From Deinococcus sp. (lineage in GTDB: Bacteria; Deinococcota; Deinococci; Deinococcales; Deinococcaceae): a stretch of 64,000 nt of DNA. The notes under the pieces were generated by a model. The model had not been told where the DNA came from, did not search any database, and saw only the letters and a program-made list of their open reading frames with translations. How positions within the stretch are numbered: the first letter of the stretch is position 1; each line of letters begins with the position of its first letter. The translations under genes and the position numbers were made by a program. This document shows, piece by piece, positions 45,786 to 54,872 of the stretch. The DNA is taken from assembly GCA_965261005.1 (NCBI GenBank), contig OZ253375.1, positions 1,184,001-1,248,000 of the forward strand, read 5' to 3'.

Positions 45786-46849
45786 AGTACATCCCAAGAG
45801 GTAGTTATCAGAGAGCATCACCCCAGCAGCGGATGAGGTCCTGACGAAGCTGGGTCTGGTTTTGATAGTGGCGGCGTGGCAGCAGGCCATACTTGAGGCG
45901 CTTCCACTCGCGCTCCATGTCGTTCAGGTGGGGGCAGTAGGTCGGGAGAAAGCCCAGCAGCAAGCCGCGTGCCTTCCAGGTCGGCAGACGTGACGCCACC
46001 AGCGCGTTGCGATGCACGCTGGCGTTGTCCAAGACCACGACCGTCTGGCATGCCGGGTCACTCACCTCGGCCAGTTCGTCGAGCAAGGCCACCACGTCCT
46101 CTTTGGTGGTGTAGCCCCGCACTTCCCGGTATCCCACCGCCCCAGAGGCGTACTCGACAAAGCCCAGCAGGTTCAGCCGCGCCTTCTGGCCGCGCTTGGC
46201 CCCTTGCACCACCTTGAGCGGTTTTCCCTTCTCACGCCATGTCTGCACGTTGGGCTGCGTCAGCTAGACGCTGGCTTCATCAAAAAACACCAGCTTCACG
46301 AGTTTGGCGAGCGCCCCTTTTTTAACGCCTCCAGGTCGCGTTGCATGGCGTGCGTCTCAGCTGGATCGGGAGCAGGCGGCGCCACCAAGCGGGTCCGCTG
46401 CCATGACAGGCCGATGGCCCGCAGCTGAAGCCGCAACGTCTCTGTATCTATATCTATGGAAAGGCCGAACTCTTCGTGCAGCACTTCTAAGAGGGTGGTG
46501 CAGTTCCAAGTCCTGTTGTCCTGACGCACCAGTTTCAGGACGCGCACACGCATCTCTGGCGTGAAGGCACCGGGGCGCCCCAACCGGACGCGGTCTTCGA
46601 GGGCGGCGAAACCGCCGTTTCTGTACGCACGCCGGATGCGCCCGGCCGTCAGGGCCGTGACCAGCCCGAGACGGGCAATCTGCTCGGCGTTGTAGCCCTG
46701 GTGGAAGTACAGCAGCGCCAGCAAGCGGGTACGAACGCTCGGCACGACTTCGCGCGCTTTGAGGCGGCTGTGCAGTTCTTTGAGCGCTTCTGCGCTCAAG
46801 CTCATCTGGATCGCTGCTGGCATCCCTTATCCTATTCCTGGGATGTACT
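45786..46849 (-). mobile_element. IS630-family insertion sequence, 1064 bp
   Basis: IRs AGTACATCCC / GGGATGTACT, flanked by TA at 45784-45785 and 46850-46851. Confidence 0.9.
45808..46823 (-). pseudogene. IS630 transposase (HTH ORF + DDE ORF, -1 frameshift site, in-frame TAG)
   Basis: AAAAAAG at the end of ORF A; -1 frame reads VFFDEASV*; then VLDNASVH and LPTYCPHLNDME. Confidence 0.85.
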
Positions 46850-47083
46850 TACCGTTTTAAATCCATTTACATGCAACAGCTCCCCATCGTCGTCCCCACG
46901 CCTTCCCAAGCCTCCATCCTCGAATCCTTCACCGATGACTCGCGCCTGGACGAACTCAACGCGCTGGTGTACGAGATGTACGGCCTGACGCCGGGCGAGA
47001 TCGAGCTGGTGGAGTCGCTGACGGCGGGGGCGTATGTGGGGGCCGGGGGGGCGGAAGAGGAAGAGGTTGGCGTGGGGGCGTGA
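46850..47083 (+). pseudogene. C-terminal remnant of the disrupted MTase
   Basis: YRFKSIYMQQLPI..LNALVYEMYGLTPGEIELVE is a typical TaqI-C/Eco57I tail and starts at the IS TA site. Confidence 0.82.
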
Positions 47084-47850
47084 GGCGGGGGCGGGAACCC
47101 GAGGAGCTGCGGCAGGCGCGGGCGGCGGGGCTGGACAAGCGGTGTGCGCGGCTCAGCGCGGCCCTGCGGGGGCGGCATCCCACGGATACGGCGGCGGTGG
47201 TCCAGCCCACGGCGGACCTGATTCAGGCGTACAGCGAGGCGAAGCGGCTCGCCGAGGGCTTCGCGCGGCGCCTGACCGGGGCGCGCTGGCCCGTGGAGGT
47301 GCAGCCCGTGACCCGCCCGAACGGCGTGAAGAGCCTGGACCGCATCGTGGAGAAGTACCTCTACTCGCCCAACGCCCTGACCGTCCCGCTCGACATGCTG
47401 GCGGGCAAAATCGTGGTGGATTCGCTGTGGGACATGTACGACGTCGCCAACAGCGTTGCCGAGGTCTTTGCGGTGGTCGCTTACCGAGACCGGGTCGTTC
47501 GCAAGCAGGGCAGCGGCTACCGGGACTTGCAATTCGTCGTGAACGTGGACGCGGCCGGAAGCGGGCACCGCGCCGAACTCAAGGTGATGCACCGCCTGAT
47601 TGACGAGCTGGACGCCTACGAACACCGCCTCTACGAGATTCGTCGCGGTCTGGAGACCAAGCAGAGGGAACGCCAGCAGGCCGATACTTGGGACGATGGC
47701 AGCGCCTGGGATGACGGCAGCGTTTGGGATGATGTGGTGCTCACCCCAATTGAGCGACTGGTGCTAGACACGCTCGACCGGACCAGCGCAGACTTGTTTG
47801 AAGAGGCGTGGAAGCTCGTCCTCGCGGCCGAGAAGGGAGCAGGAACATGA
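47080..47850 (+). CDS. divergent RelA/SpoT-domain nucleotidyltransferase (small alarmone synthetase-like)
   Basis: VKSLDRIVEK, DMLAGKI, SGYRDLQ, AELKV, EHRLYE in RelA/SpoT order; GTGA-coupled to the MTase tail. Confidence 0.72.
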   Translation: MRRGREPEELRQARAAGLDKRCARLSAALRGRHPTDTAAVVQPTADLIQAYSEAKRLAEGFARRLTGARWPVEVQPVTRPNGVKSLDRIVEKYLYSPNALTVPLDMLAGKIVVDSLWDMYDVANSVAEVFAVVAYRDRVVRKQGSGYRDLQFVVNVDAAGSGHRAELKVMHRLIDELDAYEHRLYEIRRGLETKQRERQQADTWDDGSAWDDGSVWDDVVLTPIERLVLDTLDRTSADLFEEAWKLVLAAEKGAGT

Positions 47851-48128
47851 CGAAGCCAAAGAAGCCCAGCCAGGGCGAGGTGAAGTATTACCTGGTCGGC
47901 CGCGTGCCGGTGAAGATGCAGCAGCGCCCGGACGGCGTGGCCCTGGTCGCCTTTAACCCCTTGCTGGGCGGCTTCGTGGCGGACGCCCGCTACTACAGCA
48001 CCATCAAACGCCACGAACACGACGACGACGGCGTGCGCCAGATTGACGAGGCCGAGTTTGAGCGCCAGGTCGAGGTCTTGAAGCGCAGCGAGTTTTACCC
48101 GCCCGCCGAGGTCACGCCGGCCCTCTGA
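47847..48128 (+). CDS. small protein, putative antitoxin/immunity
   Basis: 93 aa; ATGA-coupled to the RelA/SpoT-like gene; purine-rich RBS. Confidence 0.6.
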   Translation: MTKPKKPSQGEVKYYLVGRVPVKMQQRPDGVALVAFNPLLGGFVADARYYSTIKRHEHDDDGVRQIDEAEFERQVEVLKRSEFYPPAEVTPAL

Positions 48129-48144
48129 ACCTGGCATCATCTTT

Positions 48145-51100
48145 TTGATGCCGACCAAGATTCCCGATTACACCGACAACGAGCGCCACCACCTCGCGTT
48201 CGTGCTGCGTACCCTGATCGGCGAGTACGAGCAGCGCGACATGGACATCGCGACCGGCTTTTTCAGCCCGGACGTGTGGAGGGTGGTCGGGGAGGCGTTC
48301 TCGGCGCTGGAGCGGCTGCGGCTGATGATCGGCAAGGAACCCGAGCTGCACCAGAACAAGCGCGGCCTGGACTTGGTGCGCGAGTTCCGGCGCAAGCTGC
48401 GCGCCGAGCTGGAGGATCAGGAGCTGGACTCGGCCCAGGCCCGCATGATGGACGCCCTGATCGCCTTTTTGAAGCGCGAGGCGGTACAGGTGCGGCTGTT
48501 CGACGACCCCTTCCTGCACGCCAAGGCGTACCTGATGGGCGAGTGGAGCATTGTCGGGAGCAGCAACCTCACGGTGAACGGCGTGACCCACAACAGCGAG
48601 CTGAACACCGTCCGCAAGGACAGCTGGGTGGCGAGGGGGCTGCGCGAGGAGTGGTTTGAGCGCTTCTGGGAGCGCGCCCACGACTACAAGCGGGACCTGA
48701 TCGAGGAGCTGGAGCGCAGCAAGTTCGGCAGCTATCCCTACACGCCCTATGACGTCTTTCTCAAGGTGCTGTTCGAGAACTTCAGGGACAGCCTCGGCCT
48801 GGATACCCCCCAGGACGAGCGCGGCGTGATCGAGCTGGCCGAGTTCCAGGCCGAGGGCTTCCGGCTCGCCAAGGGGCTGCTCGACCGCTTCGGCGGCGTG
48901 ATGGTGGCGGACGCGGTGGGCCTCGGGAAGTCGTTCGTGGGCCTCTCGATTCTGGAGGAGTACCTGATCAACCAGCGCGCCCAGGGACGCGGCCAGGGCG
49001 TGCCGCGCGGCCTGGTGGTGTGCCCCGCGCAGCTGGAGCGGCTGGTGTGGCGACCGCTGCTCGACCGCTTTGGGATTCCGGCCCAGGTGGTGAGCATGGA
49101 GTCGCTCGGCCGCGACGACTTCGATTGGCGACCCTACGCCAACTCCGACCTGGTGGTGGTGGACGAGAGCCACAACTTCCGCAACCCCGGCACCGGCCGC
49201 TACCTCAACCTGATGCGGCTGCTGGCCGGCGGGCGCGACAAGCGCGTGGCGCTGCTCACGGCGACGCCGGTGAACAACAGCATCTGGGACTTTTACCATC
49301 AGGTGCTGCTGATGACGCGCGGGCGCGAGGATGTGTACGCCGCTCACGGCGTGCCGAATTTGCGGGCCTTTGTCACCGGGGTGGCGCGCGGCACCCGCGA
49401 GTTCTACGATTTGGTCGAGCACGCGATGGTGCGCCGCAGCCGCCGCGACGTGCGCCGGCGCCAAGAGCGCGGCGAGCCGGTCCTGATCAACGGGCGCGAG
49501 GTGCGCTTTCCGGAGCGGGTCCTGCACCGGGTCGAGTACAGCCTGACCGAGCAGTTCGGCGACTTTTACGGGGGGCTGGTGGGGCGCATCGAGCGGCTGC
49601 GGCTGGTGGCCTACAACCTGGAGCGCTACAAGCGCGAGCGCGACGAGACCGAGGCCAACCGCCGCGAGGCCCTGACCGGCATTTTCAAGACCAACTTTCT
49701 CAAGCGGCTGGAAAGCAGCGTGCACGCCCTGGCCGCCAGCGTGGAGAACCAGAAGCGCTTTCAGGAGCGCTTTTACGAGCTGTTCAAACAGGGCAAGCTG
49801 CTGGACGCGGGCAGCAACCGCAAGATCGAGCAGGTGCTGCGCCTCGCGGCGGCGGAGGACGACACCGAGACCCAGGCCCGCGTGGAGCGGTTGCTCGCCA
49901 GCTTGCCGGAGGTGAGGGCGCTCGATTACCACGTGACGGACATGGAGCGCGACATCAAGCTCGATCTGGAGGCGCTGGCCTGGATGCAGGGCGCCATCAA
50001 GGACCTGCTGGTGTCGCGCGGCAGCGGCGGCGAGCAGGACGCCAAGGTGGCCGCGATCAAGGCGGCCCTGCTGGGGCGGACGGCGAACAAAAAGATCGTG
50101 GTGTTCAGCTACTACCACGACACCGCCGAGTACCTCTACCGGGCGCTGACCGGCGACGCGGCTTGGCTCGCCGGCATGGGCCTGACGGGGGAGCGCGCCG
50201 CCTTTCTCAGCGGCGCCAGCAACGCCGAGACGCGCAGCGACGTGGTGCGCCGCTTCGCGCCGAGGTCCAACCGCCGCGCCGAGGATGACGAGGCCGACCA
50301 GCAGAGGCTGCTGGCGCGCCCGATTGACCTGCTGATCAGCACCGACGTGCTTTCCGAGGGCCAGAACCTTCAGGACGCGGGCTTTTTGCTCAACGCCGAC
50401 TTGCACTGGAACCCGGTGCGCATGATTCAGCGCGCCGGGCGCATTGACCGCCTGGGCAGCGAGTTTGAGACGCTCGAAGTTGACAACGTCTTTCCCGAGG
50501 AGGGGCTGGAGGCGATCCTCGGCTTGGTGGAGCGCTTGCAAACGCGCATCGCCGACATTGACCGGACGGTGGGCCTCGACGCCAGCGTGCTGGGCGAGGC
50601 GATCAGCCGCCGCTCCTTCGAGGAGCTGCGCCGCATTCGCGCCGAGGACAGCAGCGTTCTCGACGAGCTGGAGGCCGAAAGCGAACTCAGCGTCGGCGAC
50701 GAGATGCGCCTGCCGCTGATCGCGGCCCTCCAGCTGATCGGCGAGGGCTACGTGGACGGGCTACCCCTGGGCATTCACAGCGCCAAGCGGGCGCCGACTG
50801 CGGCCTGTGGGGTCTTCGTCGCCCTGCGGGTTGAAGACCGGGTGCTCTGGCGGGTCTATCCCCTGGAGGGCGAGGCGCCGGTGAGGACGTCCAAGCGTGA
50901 AATCTACCGCCTGATCGAGGCGGGGCAGGGCGTCCCCAGGGCGGACAATCCGGAGGGGGTCGAGATCTACCCTTTTCTGGAGCGCGCCATCCGCGACGTT
51001 CTCCAGGAATCGAAACGCGCCGTCAAAAAGAGCGCCTTCAAGCCCCCCCTGCGCGGCGCGGCGCTGGCGCTCAGCCGCTGGCTGTCGGACATGCACGTTC

Positions 51101-51363
51101 AGCCCCAGATCGCCCCCGAGGTGCTGGCCCGCCTCAGCTACACCGTCGAGCACCGCTCGCTGTCCGGCTTCGAGCGGGATCAGGACCTGAGAGAAATCGT
51201 GAGCGGCCTCGGCAAACAAAGCGTGCCCACGCTCGCGGCGGCGCTCGAAGCCTTTTTGGTGGACAACAAGCTGCTGCTCGAACGGCCGCCAGAGAGGGTG
51301 AGCGTCCAGGAGATCACGCGCGCCCAGATCAAGCTGATCGCCTACGAGTGGCTGGTGGAGTAG
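48145..51363 (+). CDS. PLD nuclease-SNF2 helicase fusion
   Basis: LHAKAY..GSSNLT; ADAVGLGKS, DESHNFRN, TATPVNN, TDVLSEGQNLQ, QRAGRIDR; intact. Confidence 0.9.
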   Translation: MMPTKIPDYTDNERHHLAFVLRTLIGEYEQRDMDIATGFFSPDVWRVVGEAFSALERLRLMIGKEPELHQNKRGLDLVREFRRKLRAELEDQELDSAQARMMDALIAFLKREAVQVRLFDDPFLHAKAYLMGEWSIVGSSNLTVNGVTHNSELNTVRKDSWVARGLREEWFERFWERAHDYKRDLIEELERSKFGSYPYTPYDVFLKVLFENFRDSLGLDTPQDERGVIELAEFQAEGFRLAKGLLDRFGGVMVADAVGLGKSFVGLSILEEYLINQRAQGRGQGVPRGLVVCPAQLERLVWRPLLDRFGIPAQVVSMESLGRDDFDWRPYANSDLVVVDESHNFRNPGTGRYLNLMRLLAGGRDKRVALLTATPVNNSIWDFYHQVLLMTRGREDVYAAHGVPNLRAFVTGVARGTREFYDLVEHAMVRRSRRDVRRRQERGEPVLINGREVRFPERVLHRVEYSLTEQFGDFYGGLVGRIERLRLVAYNLERYKRERDETEANRREALTGIFKTNFLKRLESSVHALAASVENQKRFQERFYELFKQGKLLDAGSNRKIEQVLRLAAAEDDTETQARVERLLASLPEVRALDYHVTDMERDIKLDLEALAWMQGAIKDLLVSRGSGGEQDAKVAAIKAALLGRTANKKIVVFSYYHDTAEYLYRALTGDAAWLAGMGLTGERAAFLSGASNAETRSDVVRRFAPRSNRRAEDDEADQQRLLARPIDLLISTDVLSEGQNLQDAGFLLNADLHWNPVRMIQRAGRIDRLGSEFETLEVDNVFPEEGLEAILGLVERLQTRIADIDRTVGLDASVLGEAISRRSFEELRRIRAEDSSVLDELEAESELSVGDEMRLPLIAALQLIGEGYVDGLPLGIHSAKRAPTAACGVFVALRVEDRVLWRVYPLEGEAPVRTSKREIYRLIEAGQGVPRADNPEGVEIYPFLERAIRDVLQESKRAVKKSAFKPPLRGAALALSRWLSDMHVQPQIAPEVLARLSYTVEHRSLSGFERDQDLREIVSGLGKQSVPTLAAALEAFLVDNKLLLERPPERVSVQEITRAQIKLIAYEWLVE

Positions 51364-51411
51364 GCCCGGCCCTGACGTGCAGGACTCCGGGCGTGACGAT
51401 GGCGCCGGCGA

Positions 51412-52835
51412 TCACAGCCGGGGGTCGAGCGGTTCGCTTTCCAAGGCCAGGACCCCAAAAGCGCACTCGTGGACGCGCCGCAGCGGTTCGCGCCGCACGA
51501 AGCGCTCCAGCCCCTCGATCCCGAGGGCGAACTCGCGCAGGGCCAAGGACCACTTGCCGCGCGCCACGAACGAGAGCGGCTTGACTACCATCCCCTCGCC
51601 GCCCGCTTCCGTCAGGTCCAGCCACCACCGCTCGGCGGCCAGCACGTCCCCCGGGTCGTTCAGGTTCACCGCGCGGTGCGCCGTTGGGGTGAACAGGCCG
51701 GGGTCGGCCTGCGCCAGCCGCCCGAGGGTATTGAGGTGCCACGGGTGGTTCTTGTCCGCGTGCACGGCGCCCTCGGTCGCCAACAGGTGAAAGGGGGCGA
51801 GCCGCACGTCCGCGAGCGAGGTCACGCGCCGGACGTAGCGCCGGTAGGCGTCCAGGTAGGCGGCGATCATCTCCGCCCGGCTACGGGTCCGCTCCAGCAA
51901 GTCGTCCAGCGGGAGGCCGCGGGCGACGCCCGCCTCCAAAGCGGCCACCTCGGCGGGCAGGGTCGCCCCGGCCGCCGCCCCCACCGCCGCGTACTGCCGC
52001 TTGATCAGCTCCCCCGCCTTGAAGGACCACGGCAGCAGCTCGGCGTCCAGCACGGCCCAGTCGGTGTTCAGCTCCGCCCACAGGTTGGTTTTGGTGAGGG
52101 CTGAGCGCAGCCGTTCGAGCAAAGCCTCCTCCAGAGTCCGGCCGTCGAAGAAGCGCCGCCCGGAGCGGGTGTACACCATGCCCGCCGCCTCCATCACGCC
52201 GAAGCGCGCCCTCGCCGCGTCCCCGTCCCTCGCCACGACCACCACGGCCCGCGACCCCATGTGCTTCTCCTCGCACACGACGGTCTCCAGGCCCGCCCGG
52301 CGGTAATGGTCGAAGGCCTCGGTCGGGTACTCCAGGGAGCCTGCCCGCGCGCTGGTCTCGCTCGGCGACATGGTGGGCGGGACGTAGACCAGCCAGCGGG
52401 GGTCCACCGCGAAGCGGCTCACGGCCTCCAGCGCGGCGGCGGCCTCGTCCTCACGCACCGTCACCCGTCCGCGCAGCCGCGTCTCGATCACGCGCTTGCC
52501 GGTCACGTCCGCCAGGTCGAGCAGCTCGTCGTGCGCCTGCTGGGCGGTCAAGTCGCCCTGGGGGGGCCGCAGCGGGCGTTTTGGCTCGGCGTACACCGCC
52601 CCCGCCGGCACGCTGACCAGCTCCAACTCGGGATAGCGCAGCGCCGTCAGCCGGCCGCCGAACACGCAGCCGGTGTCAATGTCTATGGTCCGGTTGAGCC
52701 AGGTCGGCCCCGGAACGGGCGTGTGGCCGTACACCACGGTCGCCTCGCCACGGTACTCGGCGGCCCAGTCGAGCCGGACCGGCAAACCGAACTCGTCGCT
52801 CTCGCCGGTCGTCTCGCCGTAGAGCGCAAAGGCAG
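51412..52835 (-). pseudogene. bacterial polynucleotide kinase-phosphatase-ligase (Pnkp) remnant
   Basis: [45 protein letters not shown]; kinase domain absent; apparent internal deletion near 51555. Confidence 0.8.
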
Positions 52836-52909
52836 CGCCCACCTTGATGCGCACTTTTGCCTGGGCCGCAACTTTACAAACGTTAAGCGCGGGCTGCTAC
52901 ACTCTGCCC

Positions 52910-53362
52910 ATGAAACTGGACGCGGTGGACCTCAGCTTGCTGCGCGAGGTGCAGCAGGACGCGCGGCTTTCCCTGCGCGCCTTGGGCCGGCGGGTGGGCC
53001 TGTCGGCGCCGGCCGTGAGCGAGCGGGTACGCCGTTTGGAGGCGGCGGGGGTCATTCTCGCCTACGGCGCGCGGGTGTCGCCGGCGGCCCTCGGGCGCGG
53101 CGTCGGCGCCTTTGTGGGCGTGCAGGACAGCGGCTCGCGCGACCCGGAATTGATCCGGTGGGCTTCAGCGCGCGACGGCGTGCTGGAGTGCCACTCGGTC
53201 ACGGGAGAGAACAGCTGCGTGCTGAAGGTCGCCCTGCCCGACGTGGCCGCGCTGGAAGTGTTGCTGGCCGAGCTGATCGGCATGGGCTTCACCTGCTCCA
53301 CCAGCATCGTGCTGTCCACGCCGCTCACCGGCAAGCCGGTGCTGCCGCCGGGGGTGGGGTGA
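52910..53362 (+). CDS. Lrp/AsnC transcriptional regulator
   Basis: LDAVDLSLLREVQQDAR..GLSAPAVSERVRRLE; ECHSVTG. Confidence 0.92.
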   Translation: MKLDAVDLSLLREVQQDARLSLRALGRRVGLSAPAVSERVRRLEAAGVILAYGARVSPAALGRGVGAFVGVQDSGSRDPELIRWASARDGVLECHSVTGENSCVLKVALPDVAALEVLLAELIGMGFTCSTSIVLSTPLTGKPVLPPGVG

Positions 53363-53802
53363 ACGGCGTACTCGAAATGACCGCCTTCACGCCGCCGGAG
53401 CGCGCGCTAGAAGGGCTGAGCGCCGAGCAGGCGGTCAGGTTGCCGCCGGGCGCGCCATACTCGATTGCGAGGGTGCTGGGTCACCTGCGTTGGTGGCAGG
53501 CTTGGATGCTGCGCGCCGCGCGGGGCGAGGCCATGACCTTTCCCGAACACGCGGGGACAGGCTGGCCGGAGGTCAGGGCAAGTGAATGGGAAGAGTCCAA
53601 AGCTGGCTTTTTGAAAGACTTGGCCGAGGCGCGCACATTGGCCCGTCATTCAGAAGCTTCAAGCAGGGTCGTCTACGGAGAAGATACGGCGGAAAAGGTC
53701 TTGACCGAGCTGGCGCTGCACAACGCCCATCACCTCGGGCAGATCATTTTGCTTCGGCAATTGATCGGCGCCTGGCCGCCACCCGGCGGGGACACGTGGT
53801 AA
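53359..53802 (+). CDS. DinB family protein
   Basis: YSIARVLGHL..W and HNAHHLGQI. Confidence 0.82.
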   Translation: MNGVLEMTAFTPPERALEGLSAEQAVRLPPGAPYSIARVLGHLRWWQAWMLRAARGEAMTFPEHAGTGWPEVRASEWEESKAGFLKDLAEARTLARHSEASSRVVYGEDTAEKVLTELALHNAHHLGQIILLRQLIGAWPPPGGDTW

Positions 53803-53833
53803 GGCCGCTCTGCACAGCCGCTACCATAGACCC

Positions 53834-54415
53834 ATGAGCGCCCCGCATCTCAAGCCCATGAGCGTGGCCGAGTACCTCCGAACCGAGGAGACCAGTCCCG
53901 TGAAGCGCGAGTACGTGGGCGGCTTCGTGTACCCGCTGCACGGCGCGACTCGGGCGCAGGCTGGGGCGAGCCGCAATCACGTTCGGATCACCGTGAACGT
54001 CTCCAGCACTTTGCAAAGGGACGCGCAGGGGCACGGCTGCTTCGTGTACGCCTCGGACATGAAGCTGTACATCCAAGGAACAAGTACGTTTTATTACCCA
54101 GACGTAATGGTCGTCTGCGCGCCCAACGACCCGAACGCACCTACGACGTATGAAACCGAGCCGTGCTTGCTCGTCGAGGTCATCTCAAAGGGCACGGCAA
54201 GAAACGACCGCCACGCCAAATACGCCGCCTACACCGGCATTCCCAGCCTACAAACCTACCTGATCGTGGAGCAGGCCGAGCGGCGCGTGTACGCCTACCA
54301 GCGGGACGGTCAAAGCTGGAAGCTGTCGGAACTCGCCAGCACGGGCAGCGTGGCCCTGCCCTGCTTAGGACGCTCGCTTAACCTGGACGACATCTACGCC
54401 GGCGTTCCCGTGTGA
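53834..54415 (+). CDS. Uma2 family endonuclease
   Basis: EYLRTE, REYVGG, YYPDVMV, LVEVIS, K..AY..IPSLQTYLIVEQ. Confidence 0.9.
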   Translation: MSAPHLKPMSVAEYLRTEETSPVKREYVGGFVYPLHGATRAQAGASRNHVRITVNVSSTLQRDAQGHGCFVYASDMKLYIQGTSTFYYPDVMVVCAPNDPNAPTTYETEPCLLVEVISKGTARNDRHAKYAAYTGIPSLQTYLIVEQAERRVYAYQRDGQSWKLSELASTGSVALPCLGRSLNLDDIYAGVPV

Positions 54416-54416
54416 A

Positions 54417-54872
54417 TCAGAAGAACTTCATGCCGGCCAGCTTGTCCGGCAGCTCCCCTACGCCCGCGCGGGCGTAGGCGCGCCGGGCCGCCGCGTTGTC
54501 GTGGTCGGTGAGGAGGTTAAGCCCGCAGGCGCCGTGCGACTTGGCGGCCCCCTCGGCCGCCGCCAGCAGCGCGCCCGCCACGCCACGGCCGCGAAAGGCG
54601 GGCGCCACATAGACTTCCTGCACCACGCCGTAGGGGGCCGCCTTGCCGAACGAGTAGCCCCAGGTCAGCGCCAGAAAGCCGCACGGCTCGCCCTCCAGCT
54701 CCGCGATCAGGATGTGCCCGCCGCGCGCTAAAAAGTCGCGCAGGGTGCGCTCGGCCCAAGCAGAATCACGCTCTACACCGCCGCCGGCTTTGGCGGCCAG
54801 CAGCAGGGCGCCCGCCGCGCCCGAACCCAACAAACCCAAGTCCGTTTGCCGGAACAGGCGGACGGCGGTCAC
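54417..54872 (-). CDS. GNAT family acetyltransferase
   Basis: VYVAPAFRGRGVA, NAAARRAY. Confidence 0.8.
   Translation of the reverse strand: MTAVRLFRQTDLGLLGSGAAGALLLAAKAGGGVERDSAWAERTLRDFLARGGHILIAELEGEPCGFLALTWGYSFGKAAPYGVVQEVYVAPAFRGRGVAGALLAAAEGAAKSHGACGLNLLTDHDNAAARRAYARAGVGELPDKLAGMKFF

Noticed and set aside
41762..51363. Complete DISARM or BREX system
   Set aside because: No DrmA, DrmB, PglZ or BrxC genes in the window.
52820..52854. Start of another gene (e.g. a transporter) fused to the Pnkp remnant
   Set aside because: Only a few codons; cannot be supported without alignment.
53834..54415. Uma2 nuclease as part of the defence island
   Set aside because: A common multicopy family, separated from the island by Lrp and DinB genes.
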